Assembly (NCBI GenBank): GCA_041739995.1
Contig: JBGSMV010000004.1
Coordinates: forward strand, 1 to 47,071
Length of the DNA: 47,071 nt
Origin: Bdellovibrionota bacterium
GTDB lineage: Bacteria > Bdellovibrionota_C > UBA2361 > JBGSMV01
Reading direction: 5' to 3'
Shown: piece after piece, positions 29,478 through 38,478 of the stretch
How positions within the stretch are numbered: position 1 is the first letter of the stretch
Layout of the letters: every line of letters starts with the position of its first letter
Notes under the pieces: model-generated
Told to the model about the DNA's origin: nothing
Seen by the model: the letters and a program-made list of their open reading frames with translations, nothing else
Databases searched by the model: none
Position numbers and translations under genes: made by a program

Positions 29478-30674
29478 GTGTCGGGAGATGTTTCTCAATC
29501 ATCAAATAGTTCTCAATCATCAAATAGTCCAGTTTTGCACCCGTCCGCTATTGGACCCAGCCTTCCTCACATCGATCTTTCGGATCCATCCCTTGAAAGC
29601 TTAGACGGATCGTCCGAGCGAATTCCTCCTGATAGAGAAATTGTTCCGTATAGTCCGGCTGGAATATCCATTGGGTTGGGAGTGGGGCCTGGCGCCTCCA
29701 TTTCTATCGCGGGTTCTATCGCGGCAGAAATATACCCGTCGACTCAGCCTCACGCGTGGGCTCAGGCGCTTGATCCAGCGCGAGGGTATCGTCCTACCGG
29801 CATACTGGTGTTGGCCCCCACCCAGAAGATTGAAATTGAAGCGCAGGGCGTGGTCTTCGATGTTGATGAGACAATCCTGCAGGGCACTGGCCAACATGTG
29901 CATGACGGGCCAGAGGCGCGGTTTGCCCAGGCCATTGCAAAGTTGCTGCGAAGTCATGACGTTGATTTCGATTTATCCAAGTGGGACGCAAACTATCGCA
30001 CGCATACGGGATGCGCTGAATCGGATGTGTGCATTAAGCTCGGCCTGCAAGTGCTCAAGGACTATAATGTTACCCTGAGTCCTATTGACATTAGAGAGGA
30101 GAGTCATCGAGTCCTGGAAGCCGGTTTCCCCGCCTTCATGGACAAGGTCAGCCTGGTGCAGAACGTCGGCTCACTGGTCTCTAGAACGAAAGCGGAAGGG
30201 CTGAAGCTCGCAACTTGTACCGCAAGTTCAGGGCAGTTTATTAGACGTGCCCTAGACCACTTTGGCCTATTCAGTCAGTTTAATGCTCACGTGTTTGAAG
30301 CTACGAAGAAGGTTGGTGATGGGGTATTCTCGGAAGTTTCAGTACAGAAAGCCTGCGAACAGTTGGGATTAGCTCCACAAACCTGTGTAATGATCGGAGA
30401 CTCTATTTCCGATTTCGGCTCTGCTGCTTCGGGCGAGCGCCCCCTGGATTTGGTGGTGGTGCGGTTGCCCAATGAGGGTCGAGCAGAGGCACTCGAGAGC
30501 TTTCAAAAACAGCGCGAGCAAGCGTTGGCTATGAACGGCGATGCGCTGACGCGCACGGTCGTGGTGATCGTAAGTGATTATTCACAGGTATCTATAAAGT
30601 ATTCTCCGCAAGCCCGGGTAACTTTTAAGGTGCCCCCAGTCGTTGAAGGGGATCCTCCAGTCGCGCATGCCTGA
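29478..30674 (+). CDS. HAD-superfamily phosphatase with long Ser/Pro-rich N-terminal extension
   Basis: Motif I VVFDVDETIL, motif II CTAS, motif IV MIGDSISD; GTG start uncertain. Confidence 0.82.
   Translation: MSGDVSQSSNSSQSSNSPVLHPSAIGPSLPHIDLSDPSLESLDGSSERIPPDREIVPYSPAGISIGLGVGPGASISIAGSIAAEIYPSTQPHAWAQALDPARGYRPTGILVLAPTQKIEIEAQGVVFDVDETILQGTGQHVHDGPEARFAQAIAKLLRSHDVDFDLSKWDANYRTHTGCAESDVCIKLGLQVLKDYNVTLSPIDIREESHRVLEAGFPAFMDKVSLVQNVGSLVSRTKAEGLKLATCTASSGQFIRRALDHFGLFSQFNAHVFEATKKVGDGVFSEVSVQKACEQLGLAPQTCVMIGDSISDFGSAASGERPLDLVVVRLPNEGRAEALESFQKQREQALAMNGDALTRTVVVIVSDYSQVSIKYSPQARVTFKVPPVVEGDPPVAHA
29492..29528. repeat. 18-bp perfect tandem duplication (encodes SQSSNS x2)
   Basis: TCTCAATCATCAAATAGT at 29493-29510 and 29511-29528. 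Confidence 0.9.
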
Positions 30675-30839
30675 GTCGAGAGCCGTGCCTCGCGTTTCGA
30701 CTTTTGCTTTCGGTAGAAATACTTCCTCTAAATAAGAGTTTGCTTACAAAGAGGCGCGGCGTCCGTTAGTGTGTATCGCGCAGAATGAGGCGCAGGGATT
30801 CCTTAGTAACAAGAAGTCAGATCGAAATGCCTTTGATGA

Positions 30840-31823
30840 TTAAATTGAAGCCTGCGCAGACGCGCCCGATGAGGATGCTAGGTTGAATCTTTCCAGCGAA
30901 GGTTCAGATACCCGAGGTTCCCCAGGGCCGAAGCCGGCGAGTTCTTGAGCGCTGACTGAAGACATCGCCCCCTTTGTTTTAGCCACAAGTGCACCGAGCT
31001 TGTTGCCGAGTTCGCAAGCGTCTCGAACACCCCCGCTATTTAGTAGGGTGTGACAAAAGGCAGCAGAGAAGGCATCACCACTGCCGATGGTGTCTATGAC
31101 GTTTACTCGATAGCCGGGCGCATAGACCGGCGAGCCTTGAGAGGATGTCGCAAAAGCCCCGCGTTCAGCCATGGTAATGAGCACGATATCAAGATTGAAT
31201 TTCTCAAGAAGGGATTGAGATTGCTCCTCCAGAGTGGAGCCCTTGAGTGAGAAAAGCTCAGCAAGATGCGCTATTTCTTCGTGGTTCAGTTTCGCGATAT
31301 TGCAGGCCTTAAGAGACTGATTCAACACGGCAGTGCTAAAGCAATTCTTGCGAAGGTTGACGTCAAAGAATTTTAACGCCCCTGAGGCGCTTTCGAGTAG
31401 TTTTGAAAGTGTCTCCCTTGAGGTGGCAGTTCTTTGAGATAGTGAGCCGTAGCAAAAAAGAGTGGCCTTTGAAGCCTTCTCAAGTAGCAGTGCTGAGGGC
31501 TCGATGAAGTCGTAAGCCACTTGCTCGATGATTGTATAGGTGGGAGTTCCGATTGAATCGAGTGCCACCTTGACGGTACCAGTTGGGTGCTGAGGGTCTC
31601 TCTGCACCAAGTCGGCCGCTACGCCGTGCTCTTGAATTGCGGAAAGTGCCGAGTCTCCGAGTGAATCGGCGCCTATGCGGCTGACCAGATAGGTGGGTAT
31701 TCCTAACGTACTAAGTCGATAGGCGAAATTTCCTGGGGCCCCTCCGAGCACTCTCCCTGTGGGGAGCTCATCCCAAAGCAATTCACCAAATGCCAAGGCG
31801 TATCTGGGGAGAGGTAAATTCAT
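30840..31823 (-). CDS. PfkB-family carbohydrate kinase (fructokinase-like)
   Basis: GELLWD, GGAPGN, IGADSLG, FDVNLR, KLNHEE, DTIGSGDAF. Confidence 0.95.
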   Translation of the reverse strand: MNLPLPRYALAFGELLWDELPTGRVLGGAPGNFAYRLSTLGIPTYLVSRIGADSLGDSALSAIQEHGVAADLVQRDPQHPTGTVKVALDSIGTPTYTIIEQVAYDFIEPSALLLEKASKATLFCYGSLSQRTATSRETLSKLLESASGALKFFDVNLRKNCFSTAVLNQSLKACNIAKLNHEEIAHLAELFSLKGSTLEEQSQSLLEKFNLDIVLITMAERGAFATSSQGSPVYAPGYRVNVIDTIGSGDAFSAAFCHTLLNSGGVRDACELGNKLGALVAKTKGAMSSVSAQELAGFGPGEPRVSEPSLERFNLASSSGASAQASI

Positions 31824-31908
31824 GAAGGCACCATTCTCAAAAAAGGCAGCGAAACCCTCCTGTACCAGGGATAAGGGCAGGAGTGAAGAGTTTTAGAATA
31901 AGAGATTC

Positions 31909-32101
31909 GTAACCCTTCACGTTGAATCTACTAATCGGCGCAAAGCGCAAAGATCGCTGGGTCCGGGGGTGAAAATACCATCCGGTCACAAAATGCAGGC
32001 GTCCCCGATCAGGGGATGACCACAGAACTGCCACCACTGAGTATTTTTCAGCTCAATACCTACCTAACACCGCCAGTTAATTTTACCCCGTGAACGGATA
32101 T
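31909..32101. mobile_element. MITE-like dispersed repeat family A, copy 2
   Basis: Starts GTAACCCTTCACG and ends CGTGAACGGATAT; shares CACAAAATGCAG, AACTGCCACCACT, CCTAACACC and TTTACCCCGTGAAC with copy 1. Confidence 0.7.
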
Positions 32102-32664
32102 GAAATCCTCCCTGCGCGTCAAGGGTGCTCAGATTCCGACCAGTTAGGGGAAGAATGCTCTTCTCCGCCAGAACAAGAAAATTGACTCTAAGGTTGCTTA
32201 CTGTTTCATTTGCGGAGAGCGGGGAACCGCAGTCCTTTTGGGCAATTCTCGAGGTAACTTCAGACGTTCTGGACTGGTGCTTTGACCGGATCTTCGCAGA
32301 AAGAAATTCGGTAGGTGTGCACGGCTTTGATACTCTTTAAATTCAACCAGTTACTTCTCTGGTCAGGGAAGAGATCCATTCTTGAAGAGCGAGGTTGGTT
32401 TAAGTAACATAAAGTTGAGTCGCTCGACCAATAAGACGGCGTCTCTAGTGGATTTAAACAGTGGTTTTCTGTAAGAAGTTCGTAAGCGCTTCTTTCTGTC
32501 GGTTCCTTGAAAATTCCGTTTGTTGATAGCTCGCCGCAGGCCTCTAGGCCAGTTCTGTTGAAGCCGGTGCTGGAGGCGAGCAGGATGCTTGGATAGCGCT
32601 TGAAAGACGCTTTTGACTAATAGGCTACGATCTAGAAGTGACTGGGGAGTGAAGTGAAACGGGG

Positions 32665-33468
32665 ATGACGACTCAAGGCGAACTTCCATCGACGCAAGAC
32701 TTGAATGCCACCGCAGCAGCAGTTATCGCTGACAGTACACTTGCCGCTTTTGCACCAGATGACGAACAAGCCACGCTGAGCGGCGCAACATCACAAACTT
32801 ATCACGGCTGGGTTTGCTCCGGGCCATTCTTTGAAACGGTGCTCTTCGTGTACTGCGCAGATCGCAACATGGTTCGGTCGGCAAAGCTCGGTGCTCAGGT
32901 ACCCATTTCCTTCGACATCTTTGATCCCGACGGCTTTCATTGTAACCGGGTGGATATTCTTGCTGGCATTGGGCCAGTCTCCGCCGTCGAGTGGGATCCA
33001 TTTCTTGGAAGTTGTAAGTTCGAAGCAGGAATGAAGCATGCACACGTCGTGGCGCATTTGCCCCCAGGGTTTCGTGCGGTTTCACGCCTGGTATCACAGC
33101 AGTCTGGCTGTTTGTTTGGAAAAGCCTTGAGACTTACCACCACGACTCGAACTTTCATGCCCGTAACGCTGGCACGTGATCGGTTCCCCATGCTGGTTCT
33201 TCTCAACCGCTCGGAAGTAGAGGCGACGGTTCGAGGACGACTGTTTTGTGGAAAGAGAACCCCAGAAAATGTTTGGAATATTCCTGCGAACGGATCGCGC
33301 ATATTGAGTATTGCGCACGAGTTTGGAGATGCCATTGCGTTGGAGCCGGAAGAGCAGGTCCAGGCCTATCTTCGCATGGGAGTGCGTGGTGACTACGAAG
33401 TAGGAGCCCAGTTTATTGAACGCCTACAAGGGCCAAGCGATGGGAGTGTTTTCCTCGCGCTTGGATAG
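32665..33468 (+). CDS. Hypothetical protein (beta-rich)
   Basis: 267-aa ORF, first of three co-oriented closely spaced ORFs. Confidence 0.7.
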   Translation: MTTQGELPSTQDLNATAAAVIADSTLAAFAPDDEQATLSGATSQTYHGWVCSGPFFETVLFVYCADRNMVRSAKLGAQVPISFDIFDPDGFHCNRVDILAGIGPVSAVEWDPFLGSCKFEAGMKHAHVVAHLPPGFRAVSRLVSQQSGCLFGKALRLTTTTRTFMPVTLARDRFPMLVLLNRSEVEATVRGRLFCGKRTPENVWNIPANGSRILSIAHEFGDAIALEPEEQVQAYLRMGVRGDYEVGAQFIERLQGPSDGSVFLALG

Positions 33469-33508
33469 AAACTGATGGGCCTCCTGTGAGGGGCAGTTGG
33501 AGAAAGGC

Positions 33509-34528
33509 ATGCAAACGGTGCGGTGGTTGGGATTCTGTGTCTCACAGTCGATGAGCAGAAGCCTGTTACATTTCTTCCCGTCTTGTGAGAACGCGAGCGC
33601 GCCCTATCCGGCGACCTGCACGCTTACGTTGCTTGCTGGGGAGGGCTCAGGACAGAACAATGCAGTGCAGCCTCATGCAATCCAGCGAAATGGTCCTGAT
33701 GCTCGCGGCGCTCAGTTGGACGCGGCTCCCCCAGTAAGGGCAGTAGTGGCGCTTGAGGGCGGACGCCTCGGCCATCCTGACGGATTGCGACTCGAAGATG
33801 CGTTTCCGACGCTTCGTACAGAGGTCTCCGGACTGTTCGGCATTCAGGTGGAAATCAGTACCCCTCAACCGCGATTGGATGTGGGCAGCTCGGGCTGCGT
33901 ACTTGAAGTGATTTCGCAAAGCCAACCCGTGCGGTTCGTGCCTAAGAAACTGCTTGGAAAAGAGTCATCAAATGGACGAGATGCGGGACGTCGTGGAAAG
34001 TGGGCGGACAGTCGCACTAAGGCCCCTGCATCTGGAGCGACCCAAATGAGCGTCGTTGCTCAAGAGCAGCGATCTTCAGTGAGCATGAGTTCGGTCAGCG
34101 GAATGGCAATTTTAGACGGGCAACAGGCGCCCTCGCTTGTTTTCGTAAATGCTTCGAATAAACCGATTTCCGCCGCGGTATTTTCTTTAACCTCGCGTGG
34201 TCGCGAGCCGGGTGCGGAAGGGGAGGATTTGCCGGTTGCGAGCATTCAGCTTGCCGCGGGACAAACGAGAGAGCTTCCCTTGCAAGACGGCGCGTTTGCT
34301 TCAGCGACAAGCCACGAATTCCTATCAGGGCGTTGTCAAAGTTTGCCGTTCTGTGTCGAGCTGCGTGATGAGTCCCTCTCGAAGGAGGGCGGGTCGGAAA
34401 ATGAAGGAAGCTCAGGGGAGAGTGTCGCCAGTGTTGAAGCGAGCCAAGTAGGCATATTTCTTGTGCACCGTGAGGCAAGAACGAAGCGGCTTGCCTCGGT
34501 GGTTACTCTTGAAAGCGCTGATTTCTAG
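33509..34528 (+). CDS. Hypothetical protein (beta-rich with disordered linkers)
   Basis: ORF with purine-rich RBS before ATG 33509. Confidence 0.7.
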   Translation: MQTVRWLGFCVSQSMSRSLLHFFPSCENASAPYPATCTLTLLAGEGSGQNNAVQPHAIQRNGPDARGAQLDAAPPVRAVVALEGGRLGHPDGLRLEDAFPTLRTEVSGLFGIQVEISTPQPRLDVGSSGCVLEVISQSQPVRFVPKKLLGKESSNGRDAGRRGKWADSRTKAPASGATQMSVVAQEQRSSVSMSSVSGMAILDGQQAPSLVFVNASNKPISAAVFSLTSRGREPGAEGEDLPVASIQLAAGQTRELPLQDGAFASATSHEFLSGRCQSLPFCVELRDESLSKEGGSENEGSSGESVASVEASQVGIFLVHREARTKRLASVVTLESADF

Positions 34529-34545
34529 TTTGGTCGAGAAGAGTT

Positions 34546-35337
34546 ATGAGTATTGCATTTTTTAGCCCATACGGTCTCGCTAGTGAAGAAACAGGCGTGT
34601 TGGCGCTGCTATGTAGCTACCTGCGTCAAAGCAACTACGCGGTGAATTCCTTGCAGTGTAATGGAATCTTCTCATTGTGTGAGCGCGATGCGGAAAATGG
34701 CTGGCGTCGTGGAGTGCGGAGCTGTTTCTCCTGCATGCATGAGCAGAGCGCGGTGGCACGTTGGAGTGGCGCAGAAATTCACGAGCTGTCCAGGTTCTTA
34801 GACCCCGATGAGGTGAGCGAGAGTCGCCGCTGGTCGATGGCGCTTTCACGAAAGACATTTGAGGCGTTGCCGTATGGTGACCTTAATGTGCTGCCCTTGG
34901 TGAGAGACTCTTTCGTTGCCCGTACGGGAAGAGACAGCATTGAAAATGCTTCTGACGAAGAGTTCGATACCTTACGTCGTATGATGCTCTCCTCAGTTCG
35001 AGCAATGCTTGCAAGCAAGCGGTTTCTTAAGACTAAGGATATTCAACTTGGGCTTGTGGCGGGCTGTAGGGACAATGTTTCCGCCGCCTTTGTTGCAGGA
35101 GCACAAAGTGCCGGTGTCGCTGTGGCGGAGTTTCGATGGGACATCCTGTCCCGTTCAGTCCAGGTGACGCACCCCGCCGCGGACAAAGCTTTTTCTTGTC
35201 CGGTGGTCTTTGATGATGTGACCGAAATGCGTACTGACGCCCGTACTTGGCCAGGTGAAATCATTCGCTTGGTTGATGAGTTAATGGTGTTCCTTGAAAT
35301 TTCCACCAGTCAGCTCCAGCTTCCACTTGCGCAGTAG
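34546..35337 (+). CDS. Hypothetical protein with Cys cluster; resembles N-terminal part of capsule-biosynthesis-type proteins
   Basis: CNGIFSLCE...CFSC; alternating strand/helix pattern; family assignment is from recall only. Confidence 0.6.
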   Translation: MSIAFFSPYGLASEETGVLALLCSYLRQSNYAVNSLQCNGIFSLCERDAENGWRRGVRSCFSCMHEQSAVARWSGAEIHELSRFLDPDEVSESRRWSMALSRKTFEALPYGDLNVLPLVRDSFVARTGRDSIENASDEEFDTLRRMMLSSVRAMLASKRFLKTKDIQLGLVAGCRDNVSAAFVAGAQSAGVAVAEFRWDILSRSVQVTHPAADKAFSCPVVFDDVTEMRTDARTWPGEIIRLVDELMVFLEISTSQLQLPLAQ

Positions 35338-35579
35338 TTTAAGGCCCTTCAAATCGTCGCTCTGACGCTTAGTCTCCTTTGAGGAACTTTCGGTTCCGTT
35401 GCGCCCCCTTAACGCCTGCCCACCTGTGCGGGATATCAGGGTGGTGGGAAACACGAGCAAAAAGGAAGTTGGCGGCTTAAATACCATTTCCCCAAATAGC
35501 CTTCATATTACAGGAACGCATAGATTTCGGTGGTGAGTCCGTGTGTGTCAGGGGTGCAGTTGTTGGGGGATATCGGGAA

Positions 35580-36284
35580 ATGATTACTAATAGAATTAGT
35601 GGTTCTGAACGAGTTGGCCGAGAACCAAATGCGGGCGAGTTAAGTGCCCCGCAAGCTACAATCGAGCGCCTATGTGCGAAGTATGGGCTATCATTCATCC
35701 GAGATCTTCAACCCGATCTCGGTGTAGGGACTTCTACGCACCTCGTGCGAAGAGGGAATGAAGAGCTAGTTCTCAAAGCTTTGACACCCGACGCGCAGTG
35801 CGGCGGCGAAAGGATGCCAGTGGGGCATCTGTCGATTGGGCTCGCAACCCTGCGTCGTGAGGATTTGGTATTACGGGCCGAGCTTCCAGGGCTTCCGCAG
35901 CATAAAGGAACTCTTGTCGGCGAAGATGGCAACAGAGAGGCGGTGTTAAGGAGCTTTCATCCTGGCAGCTCAGTAGTGGATCTCGTACAGCAAAGCCTTT
36001 TGAAAGACGCAGATTTCGAGCGCGCCCTGAGGGCACTCTTGGAAAAGGCAGACGCTAGAGGCTTTCGTCTATTAGACACCGACGCCTCCAACTTTATTGT
36101 CGCCGCCGAGTACAGCATCGTGAATCCTTACGCGGTCCATCGTACTTTGATGCTGATTGACCCAGAGGCTCTCTCCCCACGCAGCGAGTATGTGGAAGTC
36201 GAAGGCCGAGATCCGGTGCAAGACGTGATGAACTCACTTCGCGCGAAGGTTGCGGCGCCTAACGCAGACCGACTGGCTGCATAA
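35580..36284 (+). CDS. Divergent protein-kinase-like fold protein
   Basis: Gly-loop-like LGVGTS, VLKAL, catalytic-loop-like LDTDASNFIV, LIDPE. Confidence 0.6.
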   Translation: MITNRISGSERVGREPNAGELSAPQATIERLCAKYGLSFIRDLQPDLGVGTSTHLVRRGNEELVLKALTPDAQCGGERMPVGHLSIGLATLRREDLVLRAELPGLPQHKGTLVGEDGNREAVLRSFHPGSSVVDLVQQSLLKDADFERALRALLEKADARGFRLLDTDASNFIVAAEYSIVNPYAVHRTLMLIDPEALSPRSEYVEVEGRDPVQDVMNSLRAKVAAPNADRLAA

Positions 36285-36374
36285 CTCTCTTTCATTCTTC
36301 GTCGTACGGGGGTCCAGTTCCCAGGGCCTGCTTGTGCTCGATTTCTTGGCCTTAGCCGCACCGCCCCCGATATA

Positions 36375-36403
36375 GGAAACTTTCTGACTGAAATACCGAT
36401 TAG
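36375..36403 (+). promoter_or_regulatory. Putative alternative-sigma promoter upstream of orphan exported protein
   Basis: GGAAACTT tctgactgaaata CCGATTAG, about 180-210 nt before the next gene. Confidence 0.55.
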
Positions 36404-36612
36404 TCTCTTGGTACATGACGGCAAGAGTGTGGGTCGTTTACCAGGGACGAGATAGCGCTTTGGCGCGATTTCTCAAGGCAATGAAAGGCAATTTTTCCTG
36501 AAAAATTGGCCAAAAAAGGAGCTTTAATGCACCGCGCCCCACGAATCCTTCATAACTATTCGTAGGGATAGAGCATTCTGGGATGGAGCATCAGGGGAGT
36601 CGAAGAAAGGTT

Positions 36613-37659
36613 ATGAAATTCATATCGTTACCGCAGATTATTGGGTTCGTAGGAGCTGCCACTTATCTTCTTGGAGGTGCTCATTTACAGGCACAACCTC
36701 AGGTCATACCGGCTGGAGGGAATCCTCGCAGTGCCAGTGTCACTATCGATTCTTCCACAGACCTAAGCCAACCAATTTACTTTTACTATGTTTCTCCCGG
36801 GAATGAGACGCGAACCGTTGAGGTCACCTTGGAGGGTCCAAATGGAGCGACAGCGACAGTCGAGATTGCCAAATTCCGAGGTAGTGCCCAACAGGCTGCT
36901 GCTGCTATGCCGCGCAAATTCCAGATGCAGATGAATCGGGCATTGCGCGTGTCTGGACCGAATACCTCCTATGCTTATTCACCGCGTATGGGATCGTTTC
37001 CTGGTGGTTGCACTGAAGCGCAGTACCAGCTCTACCTCGAACTGATAAACGCTACTCCTGAACTTTCAGGCGTTACCCCAGAGCAGTTTTGCGCTGGGTT
37101 TGGCGGTGAGGATCCACCTCCGAGCGGAGGTGATGGTGGCGGAACTGGGCAGATTGGTAACGAAGTTACACAGATTGGACTGTTGAGGAAAAATGCTTGT
37201 GCGGGGGCGAGACGCTCTCGTTACCTTGTGCGAATGAAAGTGGATCTCTCCGCGGTCGATCCCGCTAGCGTGCAGGGTGGAATTCAGGTGCGAGGTGCTT
37301 TCCGTGAGCGAAATTACACTGGATCCAAAGCCGCGAGCATAAAGCCACGCTCGGATGGAATGTTTGCACCAGCTCCCTTATTACTCATGAGTTCGGTCTA
37401 TTCGTACGGAAGTGGCGAGCGCATCGTGTTTTCTCGATGGAAGAACAATAAGCCAAAACGAGCAATTCCGGTTCGTATTGAGAACTACGTCTATTATCGT
37501 GGGCTTGCACTTACTCGTAGCGTGGCCACAAGCTTTCTGAATGGAAAGGGCAAGGCCACCTTTGAGATAACGAACGGAGAGCGCGCATACTCAGTCTGTT
37601 TCGATATGCGTCGAGCACGCCAAAGTCGCAATGGCTACCCGATTGGGGATGACGCCTAA
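36613..37659 (+). CDS. Hypothetical exported protein
   Basis: Signal-peptide-like N-terminus ending AHLQA, beta-rich body, Gly/Pro linker, 4 Cys; alternative start 36583. Confidence 0.75.
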   Translation: MKFISLPQIIGFVGAATYLLGGAHLQAQPQVIPAGGNPRSASVTIDSSTDLSQPIYFYYVSPGNETRTVEVTLEGPNGATATVEIAKFRGSAQQAAAAMPRKFQMQMNRALRVSGPNTSYAYSPRMGSFPGGCTEAQYQLYLELINATPELSGVTPEQFCAGFGGEDPPPSGGDGGGTGQIGNEVTQIGLLRKNACAGARRSRYLVRMKVDLSAVDPASVQGGIQVRGAFRERNYTGSKAASIKPRSDGMFAPAPLLLMSSVYSYGSGERIVFSRWKNNKPKRAIPVRIENYVYYRGLALTRSVATSFLNGKGKATFEITNGERAYSVCFDMRRARQSRNGYPIGDDA

Positions 37660-37685
37660 CTTCGACCGAAAGTGTGAGTGTCCTG

Positions 37686-37717
37686 AGCGAGGAGGTCATT
37701 TAAGTAACTTCCTCGCT
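37686..37717 (+). terminator. Hairpin downstream of exported-protein gene, possible terminator
   Basis: AGCGAGGAGGT / ACTTCCTCGCT 11-bp stem (one G-U), weak U-tract. Confidence 0.4.
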
Positions 37718-38330
37718 GTTCTCGCGGAACTCATTGTATACTTAGACATTTACAAAGAGCTCAGCGAGCGCGGCGAGAATCGTTCAACTTAGTCCACTAG
37801 CGATTGGCGCACTCGCATTCTAAATTGCATCGTTATTGTTGCTGAAGAGCGGTCCATCCCTGGACGACACCTGCTTCGATGTGAACCTAGCCCTGGCTTA
37901 CATACTCCAGCAAAAAATCGCTTCGCTTGCCCTCCGTTGCCACGCGACCGAGCGGGCCTTCCCTGGCCAATCTCGACATCAGAACGTGACTTTTAGCCGG
38001 CAGGCGTGGTGTGCGGGTACTCTAGACCTAGCTCTCGTAGCTTTTGAAGGTACCCTTCAATAGTTGCGAGCTCTTGGCACGCTTCTGGAGCTTTTGGTAG
38101 TGATGCGGTAAGCGCGAAGAGTTGAAGATCGATAAATACTTCACGCAAGGTTGGTTCAGAACAAATACTAGTCATCTTGACCTCCTGGAAACACCTCGCA
38201 ACACATCCTTCGTGTTGCGAAACTTTGATGTAGCCAAGGTAAAGGTTCGGCCAGGTGCCCAAACAGCTTTCCATTTCGGCGCGAAATAATTTTAAGTGGC
38301 AAGCTCTCTTCTTCCTAGACCGTCTCTTAC

Positions 38331-38388
38331 GCTACGGGGGACAAGTCGATGGGACGTCGTCGTCTATGACAGTGTCACTGACTCCTAG
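38331..38388. repeat. Dispersed REP/MITE-like repeat family B, copy 2
   Basis: GCTACGGGGGACAAGTCGATGGGACGTCGTCGTCTATGACAGTGTCACTGACTCCTAG, similar to 18123-18180. Confidence 0.85.
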
Positions 38389-38478
38389 GAGATCTTCGTA
38401 TTCGAATGCACAATAATAGATTGGTGCTTATCTAGATCTTTCTTCTCACCGATAGTTTCTGATGTGAGGGACAGGGTT

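Noticed and set aside
29492..29528. Tandem repeat as a CRISPR remnant
   Set aside because: Two adjacent units with no spacer, in-frame within a CDS, and no cas genes
38425..38455. ACCGATAG as a sigma28 -10 element upstream of the 38479 gene
   Set aside because: No TAAA-like or GAAACTT -35 element at a suitable spacing
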